Below, piece by piece: positions 32,296 to 42,835 of a DNA stretch of 64,000 nt. The notes beneath the pieces are model-generated. The model made no database searches and was not told the DNA's origin. It saw only the letters and a program-made list of their open reading frames with translations. The DNA lies in the NCBI GenBank assembly GCA_963727445.1, contig CAVSGI010000009.1:768001-832000 (forward strand). The letters are read 5' to 3'. The stretch comes from an uncultured delta proteobacterium (GTDB lineage: Bacteria > Myxococcota_A > Polyangia > Polyangiales > B10-G4). Numbering within the stretch: position 1 is the first letter of the stretch; each line of letters begins with the position of its first letter. The position numbers and the translations under genes are program-made.

Positions 32296-32320
32296 GAAAC
32301 CATTGCTCGCGAGCCCCGTC
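32296..32320 (+). promoter_or_regulatory. Putative ECF sigma-dependent promoter of the arsM-sigZ operon
   Basis: GAAAC-N16-CGTC followed by AAGGAG RBS and the arsM ATG. Confidence 0.6.
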
Positions 32321-32342
32321 ATCCTCATGAAAGGAGAGACGA

Positions 32343-33149
32343 ATGACGACGACGAAGGATGACGCGCTCCGAGGAGCAGTTCGGGACCACTACGCCGGGG
32401 TGGCGCGCGGGCAGGCGGGCTGCGCCCCAGGCTGCTGCGGCGACACACCCGAGGCCTCGCTCGCGCTCGGGTATTCCGCAGAAGACCTCGCCTCGGTTCC
32501 CGAGGGGGCCAACATGGGCCTCGGCTGCGGCAATCCCCAGGCCATCGCCGCCCTCCGGGAAGGTGAGACGGTGCTCGACCTCGGAAGCGGCGGCGGCTTC
32601 GACTGTTTCCTCGCCGCAAAGCAGGTGGGGGAGACGGGGCGCGTCATCGGCGTCGACATGACCCCCGACATGATCTCGAAGGCGCGGGCCAACGCCGAGA
32701 AGCTCGGCGTCGCCAACGTCGAGTTCCGTCTCGGCGAGATCGAGCACCTTCCCGTCGCCGACGGAACGGTGAACGCGATCATGAGCAACTGCGTGATCAA
32801 CCTCTCACCCGACAAGCTGCAGGTCTTCCGCGAGGCGCACCGGGTGCTCGCGCCCGGTGGCCGGCTCGCCATCTCCGACGTGGTGGCGATCGCCGAGCTC
32901 CCCGAGTCGTTCCGCAACGACGCGGCGTCGATCTCGGGCTGCGTCGGCGGGGCCATTTCGGTGAAGGAGATCGAGGCGATGCTCCGCGACGCGGGCTTTC
33001 ACGACGTGAAGGTCGAGGTCGAGGCGGGTAGCGCGGAGATCGTCGCGGGCTGGTTCCCCGGCTCGGGTGCGGAGCGCTACGTCGCCTCGGCGACGATCGA
33101 AGCCGTGAAGGAAGGCGCCGCCGACTGCTGCGGTCCCGACTGCTGTTAG
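32343..33149 (+). CDS. arsM: Arsenite S-adenosylmethionine methyltransferase
   Basis: CAPGCC, LGCGNP, LDLGSGGG, SNCVINL, GCVGGA, C-terminal CCGPDCC. Confidence 0.9.
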   Translation: MTTTKDDALRGAVRDHYAGVARGQAGCAPGCCGDTPEASLALGYSAEDLASVPEGANMGLGCGNPQAIAALREGETVLDLGSGGGFDCFLAAKQVGETGRVIGVDMTPDMISKARANAEKLGVANVEFRLGEIEHLPVADGTVNAIMSNCVINLSPDKLQVFREAHRVLAPGGRLAISDVVAIAELPESFRNDAASISGCVGGAISVKEIEAMLRDAGFHDVKVEVEAGSAEIVAGWFPGSGAERYVASATIEAVKEGAADCCGPDCC

Positions 33150-33151
33150 GC

Positions 33152-33730
33152 ATGCGCACATCCACTCCCAGCTGGCGGCGCGTCGAGGCTCGGCTCCGGC
33201 CCTTCGTCCGGAGCCGCGTCTCCACCGAAGCCGACGCGGACGACGTGCTTCAGGAGGTGCTGATGCGCATGCATCGCGGCCTCGCCTCCTTGAGCGACCA
33301 GGAGAAGCTCGACGCGTGGATGTACGCCATCGCGCGAACTTCCCTCGTCGATCATCGTCGCGGCCGTGCCCGTCATCCCCTTCCGGCGCAGGGCGACGCC
33401 TTCGAAGCGCCGGTGGAGCAGCCACCCGCGGACGATGACGACGCGGCGATGCGCGATCTCGTGCGGGTGGTCGGGATCTTCGTCGCGATGCTCCCGTCGC
33501 CCTACCGCGAGACGCTCGTCCTGACGGAGCTCGAAGGCCGCTCCCACAGGGAAGCGGCAGAGATGTTGGGCGTCGGCGTGGGCGCGGTGAAGTCGCGAGT
33601 GCACCGGGGCCGCAAGATGCTTCGGGCGGCGCTCGAGGACTGCTGCCGCATCGAGCTCGACGCCCGCGGTCGGGTCATCGAATGCGCCCCGCGCGGCGGC
33701 GCCGGCATGCCCGAGGGCTGCTGCTGCTGA
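33152..33730 (+). CDS. sigZ: ECF RNA polymerase sigma factor, SigZ-like, with Cys-rich C-terminus
   Basis: DADDVLQE, WMYAIAR, VKSRVHRGR; DCCRIELDARG...C...CCC tail. Confidence 0.8.
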   Translation: MRTSTPSWRRVEARLRPFVRSRVSTEADADDVLQEVLMRMHRGLASLSDQEKLDAWMYAIARTSLVDHRRGRARHPLPAQGDAFEAPVEQPPADDDDAAMRDLVRVVGIFVAMLPSPYRETLVLTELEGRSHREAAEMLGVGVGAVKSRVHRGRKMLRAALEDCCRIELDARGRVIECAPRGGAGMPEGCCC

Positions 33731-33781
33731 ACGAGACGCTTCGCGTCTTGCGATCGGCCACCGCGCAACCGAAGCTGCCCC

Positions 33782-34978
33782 GTGCCCTCGCGCCGGCAGC
33801 TCCTCTTCGCCCTGCTCTACTTCGCCGAGGGCGCGCCCATCGGATTCATCTGGTGGACCCTGCCCACGCTGCTGCGGGGCGAGGGAGTGGAGGTGACCGA
33901 CATCACGGCCCTCACCGCGATGGTCGTCCTGCCCTGGGCGCTCAAGTTCGCCTGGGCCCCACTCGTCGACACACTGACGAACGAGCGCCTGACGCATCGC
34001 GTGTGGATCGTCGCCGCGCAGCTCGCCATGGCAGCGACCCTGGTGCCGCTGCTCTTCGTCGATTGGGGCGCGTCCCTTCCTCTGCTCACGGGGCTCCTCG
34101 TCCTTCATGCGCTCGCGGCGGCGACTCAGGACGTGGCGGTGGATGCGCTCTCGATCGCCATCATCCCACCCGAGGAGCGGGGGAGCCTCAACGGATGGAT
34201 GCAGGCCGGAATGCTCCTCGGCCGCGCGCTCTTCGGCGGCGGCGCCCTGCTCCTCGGCAGCGCCGTCAGCCCGCGCTTCATGGTCCTTTCGATGATCGCG
34301 GTGCTGCTCCTGACGCCGGTGGTGCTGATCCGCGCCGACCTTCCTCGCCTGCCGGGTCGCGGCGGTGGCGCTTTCCGTCAGTTCCTGCGCGATGGCGTGG
34401 CCGTCTTGAAGCTCCCCGCGACCTGGGTGGCGCTCCTCTATGCGGTGGTCGGCGAGGCGACCTTCAAGGGCGTGGGCGCGGTGGTCGGCCCCTACCTCGT
34501 CGACCACGGCGTCTCCGAAGGCGCGGTGGGCCTCTTCTTCGGCGTCGTCTCCGTGAGCGCGATGGTGATCGGCGCCCTCGCCGGTGGGCGCGTCGCTGAT
34601 CGGATCGGCCGCCGTCCCGCGATCGTCGCGGGACAGATCATCGTCGCCTCCGCGGTCCTGACCCTCGGCCTCACGGACGGCGAAACCATGAGCGGCCTCG
34701 CGTGGGTCGTCCTCGCGGTCTTCTATCTCGGCGTCGGCCTCTTCACCGCCTCGAGCTTCGCGCTCTTCATGGACGCGACCGAGCCGCGCCTCGGCGCCAC
34801 GCAGTTCAGCGCCTACATGGGGATGACCAACCTCTGCGAGGCGTGGTCGTCGCGCGTGGTCGGTGGTCTTTCGACAGCGCACGGCTATGGGATCGCGCTG
34901 CCCGCGGCAGCGGCGATGGGCACCCTGGCCCTGTTGCTACTGCGGTGGCTGCGCTATAGACCACGTGATCATGAGTGA
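33782..34978 (+). CDS. AmpG-like MFS transporter
   Basis: [35 protein letters not shown]. Confidence 0.85.
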   Translation: MPSRRQLLFALLYFAEGAPIGFIWWTLPTLLRGEGVEVTDITALTAMVVLPWALKFAWAPLVDTLTNERLTHRVWIVAAQLAMAATLVPLLFVDWGASLPLLTGLLVLHALAAATQDVAVDALSIAIIPPEERGSLNGWMQAGMLLGRALFGGGALLLGSAVSPRFMVLSMIAVLLLTPVVLIRADLPRLPGRGGGAFRQFLRDGVAVLKLPATWVALLYAVVGEATFKGVGAVVGPYLVDHGVSEGAVGLFFGVVSVSAMVIGALAGGRVADRIGRRPAIVAGQIIVASAVLTLGLTDGETMSGLAWVVLAVFYLGVGLFTASSFALFMDATEPRLGATQFSAYMGMTNLCEAWSSRVVGGLSTAHGYGIALPAAAAMGTLALLLLRWLRYRPRDHE

Positions 34979-36536
34979 AATCGACCTGAGCGAATTCGAG
35001 ACGCGAATCAAGCTACGGACGCTGCGCCTGGAGGACTTCGACGACCTGGTGCAGCTCCAGCTTCGCTGCTTCCCCAAGATGAAGCCCTGGTTGCGCGATC
35101 AATTCGAATCCCAGCTGCGCATCTTCCCGGAAGGGCAGATCTGCCTGGAGATGGACGACAAGCTCGTCGCTTCTTCGGCCAGCTTGATCGTCGACTACTC
35201 CGACTACACGGACTGGAACGACTGGCTCAAGCTCTCGGGCAACGGCTACATCCGCAACCACGATCCGGAGGGCGACACCCTCTACGGCATCGAGATCATG
35301 GTCGACCCGGACTGTCGCGGGATGAAGCTCTCCCGGCGCCTCTACGATGCGCGCAAGGAGATCTGCCGCGAGCGAAACCTGGCTCGGATGCTCATCGGCG
35401 GGCGAATTCCGGGCTTCGTCGACTACGAGCACGACCTCACGGCGCACGAGTACGTGCAGAAGGTGATGGAGAAGGCCCTCTACGATCCGGTCCTGACGGC
35501 GCAGCTCGCCAACGGCTTTCAGCTCCGACAGCTGGTGCCGGACTACCTGCCCAACGACGAGGACTCGGCGGGCTACGCGACGTGCATGGAGTGGCCGAAC
35601 CTGGACTATCGCCCGCCCAAGATGCCGCGCCTGAGGCGCGCGGTGGATCCGGTGCGGGTTTCCCTCTGCCAGTACCAGATGCGGCGCATCAAGTCCTTCG
35701 ACGAGTTCGAGCAGCAGTGCGAATTCTTCGTGGACGTGGCGAGCGACTACAAGTCGGACTTCATCGTCTTCCCGGAGCTCTTCACGCTGCAGCTTCTGAG
35801 CATCGTCGAGACTCACGACCCCGGGCGCGCCGCCCGGAAGCTCGCCGAGTTCACCCCCCGCTATCTCGAGCTCTTCTCCGACCTCGCGGTCCGCTACAAC
35901 GTCAACATCATCGGCGGGTCGCAGTTCACCGAAGAGGACGAGCAGCTCTACAACATCTCGTACCTCTTCCGCCGCGACGGCACCCTGGGCAAGCAGTACA
36001 AGATCCACGTCACCCCCAACGAGACGAAGTGGTGGGGTGTGCAGGGCGGCGACGTCGTCCAGGTCTTCGACACCGATCGCGGAAAGATCGCCGTCTTGAT
36101 CTGCTACGACGTCGAGTTCCCGGAGCTGGCGCGCATCGCCACGGCGAAGGGCGCCAAGATCCTCTTCGTCCCCTTCAACACCAACGACCGCGACGGATAC
36201 AACCGGGTGCGCTACTGCTCACAGGCGCGCTGCATCGAAAATCAGATCTACGTCGTCACCTCGGGCTGCGTCGGCAACCTGCCCTTCGTCGAAAACGCCG
36301 ACATCCACAACGCCCGCTCGGGGATCTTCACGCCCTGCGACATTCCCTTCGCGCGCGACGGCATCGCCGCCGAGGCCGACAGCAACCTCGAGACGGTGCT
36401 GACCCACGACCTCGACACCGAGCTCCTGAGGCGCGCCCGCCGCGAAGGCACGGTGAAGAACTGGCCCGACCGCCGGACCGACCTCTATCGCGTGCGGTGG
36501 GTGGAGGAGGAGGGCGGCGAGCATCAGGACGTCTGA
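34971..36536 (+). CDS. Fused GNAT acetyltransferase / carbon-nitrogen hydrolase
   Basis: N-terminal GNAT-like domain ([14 protein letters not shown]); nitrilase triad in [17 protein letters not shown]. Confidence 0.9.
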   Translation: MSEIDLSEFETRIKLRTLRLEDFDDLVQLQLRCFPKMKPWLRDQFESQLRIFPEGQICLEMDDKLVASSASLIVDYSDYTDWNDWLKLSGNGYIRNHDPEGDTLYGIEIMVDPDCRGMKLSRRLYDARKEICRERNLARMLIGGRIPGFVDYEHDLTAHEYVQKVMEKALYDPVLTAQLANGFQLRQLVPDYLPNDEDSAGYATCMEWPNLDYRPPKMPRLRRAVDPVRVSLCQYQMRRIKSFDEFEQQCEFFVDVASDYKSDFIVFPELFTLQLLSIVETHDPGRAARKLAEFTPRYLELFSDLAVRYNVNIIGGSQFTEEDEQLYNISYLFRRDGTLGKQYKIHVTPNETKWWGVQGGDVVQVFDTDRGKIAVLICYDVEFPELARIATAKGAKILFVPFNTNDRDGYNRVRYCSQARCIENQIYVVTSGCVGNLPFVENADIHNARSGIFTPCDIPFARDGIAAEADSNLETVLTHDLDTELLRRARREGTVKNWPDRRTDLYRVRWVEEEGGEHQDV

Positions 36537-36556
36537 GCTCGGAGCGAGCTCCATGG

Positions 36557-37396
36557 TCAGTGGTCGACCGCCGCCGAGTCTTCGCGGGTCGAGAGCCCAG
36601 GCTGGGGTTGCCAGCGCGTTCGCGTCCCGTCGGGCGCGATGAGCACCAGCTCGTCTCCTTCGAGCGTCAAATCCGCGAGCCGTCCGCGCATCGTGTAGAG
36701 CGATCCCTGCATCGGAAGGCAGCCCTCTTCCGAGAGCGCTTGCACGGTCACGTGGGTCTCGTCCGCGAAGGGGTCCTGCGCGACGCCGGCCACGCGACCG
36801 TCGGCGAGGGCGACCCAAATCACCACATCGTCGAAGCTCTCGGGCAGCAGGCTGCGCTGAGACAGCCCGGTGGAGGCCGGCACGCAGTGCGTCGTCTCTT
36901 CGAGGGAGGTGCGCTCGAGGAAGGTGCTGAGGGTATCGCTGATCTGTACCCAGAGGAGATGGTCGTCTTCAACGCGTTCGATCTCGGGGGGCAGGGGATC
37001 GATGCTCACCACCAGCGTGCCCGCTGGAAGCGCCACCGGTGAAGCCACGGCGCGGGTCACACGGAAACGCGACAGCGTCGAGCCGGCCCGCCGTTCGGTC
37101 TCGATGGCCACCGTGCCCCAACCAGCGGCGAGCGCCGACGCTTCCTCGGGGCTCGCGTCGCGAAGCACCAGCGCGTATCCCGGCCGCTGGCGAACGAGGC
37201 GGAAGTCGCCGATCGCATCGATGGAAGCCGCGCGCCGGAGGATGGGCCCGATCTCCTCGATGCCGGTCACGTCGCTCACGCGGTAGGCCGGCGGATTCGG
37301 TACGCGCCGCACGCGCACGCTCGTCTGCGTCGGCTCCTCACAGGCACAGAGGGCCAGCGCGGCGAACACGATCGAAAAGAGGTGAAGTCCCCGCAT
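36557..37396 (-). CDS. Hypothetical lipoprotein
   Basis: Hydrophobic N-terminus with LCAC lipobox; coding-like composition. Confidence 0.65.
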   Translation of the reverse strand: MRGLHLFSIVFAALALCACEEPTQTSVRVRRVPNPPAYRVSDVTGIEEIGPILRRAASIDAIGDFRLVRQRPGYALVLRDASPEEASALAAGWGTVAIETERRAGSTLSRFRVTRAVASPVALPAGTLVVSIDPLPPEIERVEDDHLLWVQISDTLSTFLERTSLEETTHCVPASTGLSQRSLLPESFDDVVIWVALADGRVAGVAQDPFADETHVTVQALSEEGCLPMQGSLYTMRGRLADLTLEGDELVLIAPDGTRTRWQPQPGLSTREDSAAVDH

Positions 37397-37436
37397 GATG
37401 GCGTTCGCTCGGACGAACGTGTCGATCCGCGAGCGC

Positions 37437-37913
37437 TCAGACGTCGAAGCGACGCAGCAGCACGTCCACGGTCACGGTGCACCGCTGTCGGTGGCCGTCG
37501 ACCGTGGAGAAGTATGTGCGCGATCCGCGGCCCACGTAGCGGCCTCCTTCACGGCGCACCTCGAAACGCGCCTCGCGATGCTCGTCGGGCACACTCGACT
37601 CGCCGATGACGACGCCGTTGCGGCGCACGGTGATGCTCCAATCGCGCCAGTAACGGTTGTTGATGAGCTTCATCTGCATCTCGGTGTCCCCGGGGACTCC
37701 GTCGATCGTCCCCATGTAGGTCGACACGAATCCCGTTCGGGTGGCGTCACCGCAGGTCGCGCTGCGCACGCGCGTCTGATAGGCGTAGAGGCCTGGACCG
37801 AGGTGTGTCTGCTCATAGTCCTGTGCGCGGGCAGGTGAAACCGCTGTGCCGGCGGGAACGAGGACGAGGACGAGGGCGAGAGCGAGGAGCGTGCGGCGCG
37901 CGAGATCGGACAT
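37437..37913 (-). CDS. Hypothetical secreted protein
   Basis: Signal peptide ending ARA-Q; beta-rich mature part with two Cys. Confidence 0.65.
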   Translation of the reverse strand: MSDLARRTLLALALVLVLVPAGTAVSPARAQDYEQTHLGPGLYAYQTRVRSATCGDATRTGFVSTYMGTIDGVPGDTEMQMKLINNRYWRDWSITVRRNGVVIGESSVPDEHREARFEVRREGGRYVGRGSRTYFSTVDGHRQRCTVTVDVLLRRFDV

Positions 37914-37998
37914 GGGCCGATCGTAGACGACCGAGGGCGTACTTTAGTCATGCGTGCACGGATTGGGCGGCCTCTCCCACCTTTCCCCACACGACTGA

Positions 37999-40326
37999 TC
38001 AGCCCCGCCAGATCTCGGCGGCGCGCTTCTTCACCTTCACTTCGGCTTCTCGAAAGCGCGGATCTTCGCGGAGGGGGTCCAACAGTGGGCACGCGTCGAT
38101 CCACAGGACGTCGATGAGGATGTCGTTGGCGGCGCTCGTGAGGCAATCGAGCGCGAGGTCCTTCATGCCGGCGGCGGCGGCGACCTCACAGGAGATCTGA
38201 AACATCAGCGTGCTGAAGCGCCGGTTGGAGAGCCAGGTGGGCACGTTCTCCATGGTCTCGAGGGCGCCGTCGCGCTCGCCTCGGCCGATGGCCACCGCCG
38301 CGAGGGCCAACACCCGCTTCGCAGGCTCGCTCCCGAGCGCTTCGATCTCGTCGAAGAGCTCGTTTGCCGCGTCCAACTGATTACGGTAGAGCGCCCATCG
38401 GAACTGCGACGCCAGCACCGGCAGGGTTCCACGCAGGCTGGTCTGAAGCATCGCCTCCGCGTGATACTCGTGCCCTTCGATGTCGCCCGCGAGGAGCTGG
38501 ACTCGCGCGAGCTCCATGTGACAGATGGTCAGGGTCGGATCGAGCTCGAGGGTCAGCTCGAGGCGTTTCTTGCCCTCCCTGTAACGATCGGCTTCCACCT
38601 GCATCACGCCGAGGTACTGCTGCGCCTCTGCCATGGTCGGCGCGATCGCCAGGGCGCGCCCGAGCGACTGGGCGGCAGCGCGGAAGTTGCCGTTCTGGAC
38701 GTCACCCATCGCCGAGGCCAGGTGGGTCTCGGCGAGATCGGGGACGCGCTCGAGGGCGCGGGCGATGCTCTCTTCGGCTCGCTTCTTCCGCTTGCCTTCG
38801 ACGTCCATCGTCGTCCCCCACCAGGCGCGTACGCTGCAGATGGCGTGCGCGACGATCCCCAGCGGAAAGTCCGGGGCCAGCTCGAGGCAGCGGTCGAGGA
38901 GCGTCAGCGCTTCTTCGGCGCGCAGCATCACGTCCGCGCGGAGCAGGCGCCGCGCACGGAGGTAGAGCTCGATCGCCTCCCGGGGTGCCGAGTGCGCGTA
39001 GGACGCGGCGTCCACCTCGAGGCGAAGCGCCTCGGCGATGCGCCGGCCGCACGACTCCTGAAGCTCGAAGATGTCCTCGACCGAGCCGTCGAAACGGTCG
39101 TTCCAGCGTTGGAGCGCCGAGCCCGCGTCGATCAGGCGCGCGGCGATGCGGACCTTCGCGCCGGCGAGCTGCACCGTGCCGTCCACCACCGAGTCGGCGC
39201 CGAGCTCGGCTGCGATCGCCGCCGGATCGCGCGCGTCGGCGAAGCGTCGGGTCGCACCCATCGCCAGCACCTTGAGACCCCTGGTGCGCGACAGGACGTC
39301 GACCAGCTCCTCGGCGACACCGTCACCGAGATAGTCGTGGTCGGCGCTGCCGCGGTAGGTGAAGGGCAAGACCGCGATGGTGTGCTCGGACTTGCTGGCG
39401 ATCGGGGCGAAGAGCGACTGGCTGAGGGAGGTGGAGGACAGCGTCGCTTCGCCGCCGGCCTGCGCCGCCAGGGCCGCACACACCTGCTTCATGTCGCGGG
39501 GCCGGTGCTCCGGATCGCGCGCGACGCAGGCGAGGATCAAGGTGGCGAGCGTGTCCGGCACCTTCGCGAGACGACGGGGGTCGACCGGGTCCTGGTGCAT
39601 GCGCGCCGCGGCGACGGCGATGGGGGTCGGGCCCTCGAAGGGGAGCCTGCCGGTGACGAGCTCGTAGAGGATGAGCCCGAAGGAGTAGATGTCGCTCTTC
39701 TCCGTCACCGCTCGCCCGGACACCTGTTCCGGCGACATGTAATAGGGCGTGCCCAGAAGGACGCCCGTCTCGTGGGTCTTCTTCGGGCTCTCGAGGGCGC
39801 GGGCGATGCCGAAGTCGGTGAGCACCGCGCGACCATCCTTGGCCACGAGGATGTTCGCGGGTTTGAGATCGCGATGGATGACACCCGCCGCGTGCGCCGC
39901 GACGAGCCCGGCGGCGACGTCCTGCCCGATGGACACCACGCGCTCCGGCGGGAGCGAGCCCGCTTCCTCGAGGATGTCGTCGAGCGCCTGCCCTTCGACG
40001 TACTCCATCGTGAGGTAGCGGACGTCGCCCACCTCGCCGAAGTCGTGGATGCGGGCCACGTTGGGGTGCGTCACCTTGCGTGCGAGGCGCACCTCGCTCC
40101 GGAAACGCTCCTCGGCGCGCTCCGAGTCCAGCGTCAGTAGCTTGAGGGCGACGGTCTCACCGAGGGCGCGGTCCTTCACTTCGTAGACCGCGCCCATGCC
40201 GCCGCGGCCCAGGAGCTTCACCACGTCGTAGCGGCCGGCGAAGTCGGCGCCGAGGTCGAGGGTCATCTTCGAGCGCTCGTTTTCCGCCTCCGCGGCGCTG
40301 ATCGTGTCGTCGAAGCCGGAGCTCAC
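37999..40326 (-). CDS. Ser/Thr protein kinase with TolB-like and TPR-like C-terminal region
   Basis: GRGGMG, HRDLKPAN, DFG, GTPYYMSPE; IAVLPF...YLGDG module followed by helical repeats. Confidence 0.92.
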   Translation of the reverse strand: MSSGFDDTISAAEAENERSKMTLDLGADFAGRYDVVKLLGRGGMGAVYEVKDRALGETVALKLLTLDSERAEERFRSEVRLARKVTHPNVARIHDFGEVGDVRYLTMEYVEGQALDDILEEAGSLPPERVVSIGQDVAAGLVAAHAAGVIHRDLKPANILVAKDGRAVLTDFGIARALESPKKTHETGVLLGTPYYMSPEQVSGRAVTEKSDIYSFGLILYELVTGRLPFEGPTPIAVAAARMHQDPVDPRRLAKVPDTLATLILACVARDPEHRPRDMKQVCAALAAQAGGEATLSSTSLSQSLFAPIASKSEHTIAVLPFTYRGSADHDYLGDGVAEELVDVLSRTRGLKVLAMGATRRFADARDPAAIAAELGADSVVDGTVQLAGAKVRIAARLIDAGSALQRWNDRFDGSVEDIFELQESCGRRIAEALRLEVDAASYAHSAPREAIELYLRARRLLRADVMLRAEEALTLLDRCLELAPDFPLGIVAHAICSVRAWWGTTMDVEGKRKKRAEESIARALERVPDLAETHLASAMGDVQNGNFRAAAQSLGRALAIAPTMAEAQQYLGVMQVEADRYREGKKRLELTLELDPTLTICHMELARVQLLAGDIEGHEYHAEAMLQTSLRGTLPVLASQFRWALYRNQLDAANELFDEIEALGSEPAKRVLALAAVAIGRGERDGALETMENVPTWLSNRRFSTLMFQISCEVAAAAGMKDLALDCLTSAANDILIDVLWIDACPLLDPLREDPRFREAEVKVKKRAAEIWRG

Positions 40327-40436
40327 CGGCGCATAGTATCAGCGCACGGCGGCCGCGCCGCCACGACTCGCTTCAGTTTCCAAGGGCCTGGCAGCCCTGG
40401 ATCGCGCGCGCTCCTCGGGTCATACTCGATGGAGCG

Positions 40437-41180
40437 ATGCCGTTCCGCGACGAAGCCGAAGCCCTCCGAAGCCGGCTCGAAGCTGTCGAAACGGATCTGA
40501 AGCGCGCCGAGGCGGAGCTCGAGCGCTCCCGCGAGAAGGCCGCGGAGGCGGAGGCGCTTCGGCAAGCGCTGGTGCGCATCGAAGCGCAGCTCGCGGAGGT
40601 GCGCGGCGAGCGCATCAATCCGCGCGCTCAGCGCACCGCGACCGCGGTGCTCGCGAGCGGTCTCGCGCTGGTGGTCGCGGGCGCATTGGCCGCGCGCGCG
40701 TCCGTGACCCACCTGCCGATCGGCGTCGCGCCACGCGCGGCGATCTCTCAGGCCCGTCCGGTGCTGCTTCCGCGTCCCGACCGTTCGAGCGAGCGGCGTT
40801 GGTTCGCACCGCGACTCTTCAGCGCCAGCGTCGAGGAAGCGCTCGGCGATACGCCCGTCTCCGCGGGCACGCGATGCGACGTGCTCGTCGCGGCGACGGA
40901 TATCGACATGCTCGATTGCCGCGTCACCATCACCTGCAACGACGAGATCCTCTACGGCGGGGACAACCAGGGATACCTGCCGTGCGACGTGCTCGATGGC
41001 GAGCCCACCACGGGCGAGGACCTCTCGGGCGTGGAGGACGACGGCGATCCGATGCTGGACATGGACCTGCCGAGCGGCCACCTGATCGTCACCAACGATC
41101 GCCCTTCGATCTGGCGGACGGATCTGATCATCGCGGAGCCTGCGCCCGCCAGGCCCGCGGGCGTCTTCCTGGTCGAATAG
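40437..41180 (+). CDS. Hypothetical protein (coiled coil, TM, Cys-containing extracytoplasmic domain)
   Basis: PFRDE start, heptad-like N-terminus, one TM, four Cys. Confidence 0.65.
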   Translation: MPFRDEAEALRSRLEAVETDLKRAEAELERSREKAAEAEALRQALVRIEAQLAEVRGERINPRAQRTATAVLASGLALVVAGALAARASVTHLPIGVAPRAAISQARPVLLPRPDRSSERRWFAPRLFSASVEEALGDTPVSAGTRCDVLVAATDIDMLDCRVTITCNDEILYGGDNQGYLPCDVLDGEPTTGEDLSGVEDDGDPMLDMDLPSGHLIVTNDRPSIWRTDLIIAEPAPARPAGVFLVE

Positions 41181-41235
41181 GTCTTTCGAGCGCACCGCCT
41201 TGCCAACCGGCCATGCTCTGCCCCAAAGAGGGTGA

Positions 41236-42822
41236 GTGACCCTGGACGGGCTTCGATTCGACAACCGATTCGTGGGTGACCTCCCGGCGGATCCCTCGGA
41301 GGAGATCCGGCGCCGTCAGGTGCGCGGGGCCTGCTTTTCCCGGGTCAAACCCATGCAGATGCCCGAGCCTGCGCTGGTGGCGGCATCGGCAGAGGTCGGG
41401 GAGCTCCTCGATCTCGACGGGTCGGTCCTGGCCTCGCCGCGCTTCGTCGAGGTCTTCTCCGGCAACGAGGTGCTCAGAGGGATGGACCCCTACGCGGCCT
41501 GTTACGGGGGCCACCAGTTCGGGAACTGGGCGGGCCAACTCGGTGATGGACGCGCCATCACTCTGGGCGAGGTCGTCAACGGTCGCGGCGAGCGCTGGGA
41601 GCTACAGCTCAAGGGCGCCGGGCCCACCCCTTACTCGCGCATGGGCGATGGGCGTGCGGTGCTGCGCTCCTCGATCCGCGAGTTCCTCTGCAGCGAAGCG
41701 ATGCACCACCTGGGCGTCCCCACCACGCGCGCCCTGAGCGTGATCACCACCGGCGACCGCGTCGTGCGCGACATGTTCTACGACGGCAATCCCCGCCCCG
41801 AGCCGGGGGCGGTGGTGTGCCGCGTCGCTCCGTCGTTCATTCGCTTCGGCAACTTCGAGATCTTCGCGGCGCGTCGTGAGCACGACGTGATGCGCGCGCT
41901 CCTCGACTTCACCATCGGCCGCGACTTTCCACACCTGGGCGCACCGTCGAAGGAAGTCTACGTAGCCTTCTTCGCCGAGGTCGCCCGCCGCACTGCCGAG
42001 ATGATCGTGCACTGGATGCGCGTGGGCTTCGTGCACGGCGTGATGAACACCGACAACATGTCGGTGCTCGGCCTGACGATCGACTACGGGCCCTACGGCT
42101 GGCTCGACGATTACGATCCGAGCTGGACCCCGAACACCACCGACGCCCAGGGACGCCGCTACCGTTACGGCCATCAGCCCCCGATCGCCTTGTGGAACCT
42201 GGTTCAGCTCGCGAATGCCCTCGTGCCTCTGATCGGCGAAACCAGGCCCCTCGAGGAGGCGATCGACGTCTACCCGAAGACCTTCGAGGCCCGCCAGGCG
42301 GAGATGATCGCGAACAAGCTCGGCCTTTCGGCGCTCGGCCCCGAGGACGAGTCCCTCGTCGACGAGCTCTTCGAAGTGCTGGTCCTGGTGGAGACGGACA
42401 TGACGCTCTTCTTCCGCCTCCTCGCCGACTTCCCCAGCGCCGAGGGCGCGATGGCGGAGGAGGCGATCCTCGAGCACTTCCGCCCCGCCCGCTATTCCGC
42501 CGAGGACATCGGCGAGGAGACGGGCCGGCGGACCGCCGCGTGGCTACGCCGCTACGCCGCGCGGGTGCGGGCGGACGGGACCCCGGACGAGGTGCGACGC
42601 GCGAAGATGAACGCCGTCAATCCGAAGTACGTTCTTCGCAACTATCTCGCGCAGGTCGCCATCGACGCCTCGGAAGAGGGCGACCACTCGAAGGTGCGCG
42701 AGCTCCTCGACGTCGTCCGCCACCCCTACGACGAGCAGCCCGGCCGCGAGGCCTACGCGAGCAAGCGGCCCGAGTGGGCGCGGAGTCGCCCCGGCTGCTC
42801 GATGCTCTCGTGTAGCTCGTGA
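41236..42822 (+). CDS. selO: Protein adenylyltransferase SelO/YdiU
   Basis: YGGHQFG.WAGQLGDGRA, QLKGAG.TPYSR, GFVHGVMNTDN, IDYGPYG, C-terminal CSMLSCSS. Confidence 0.95.
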   Translation: MTLDGLRFDNRFVGDLPADPSEEIRRRQVRGACFSRVKPMQMPEPALVAASAEVGELLDLDGSVLASPRFVEVFSGNEVLRGMDPYAACYGGHQFGNWAGQLGDGRAITLGEVVNGRGERWELQLKGAGPTPYSRMGDGRAVLRSSIREFLCSEAMHHLGVPTTRALSVITTGDRVVRDMFYDGNPRPEPGAVVCRVAPSFIRFGNFEIFAARREHDVMRALLDFTIGRDFPHLGAPSKEVYVAFFAEVARRTAEMIVHWMRVGFVHGVMNTDNMSVLGLTIDYGPYGWLDDYDPSWTPNTTDAQGRRYRYGHQPPIALWNLVQLANALVPLIGETRPLEEAIDVYPKTFEARQAEMIANKLGLSALGPEDESLVDELFEVLVLVETDMTLFFRLLADFPSAEGAMAEEAILEHFRPARYSAEDIGEETGRRTAAWLRRYAARVRADGTPDEVRRAKMNAVNPKYVLRNYLAQVAIDASEEGDHSKVRELLDVVRHPYDEQPGREAYASKRPEWARSRPGCSMLSCSS

Positions 42823-42835
42823 TAGCGTCGCGCCC

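Noticed and set aside
36535..36551. GAGCTCG-GAG-CGAGCTC hairpin between convergent genes as a terminator
   Set aside because: Short stem with no U-tract; too weak to call
42811..42825. Selenocysteine read-through at the SelO TGA
   Set aside because: The Sec-equivalent position is already Cys (CSS end), and TGA is followed immediately by TAG
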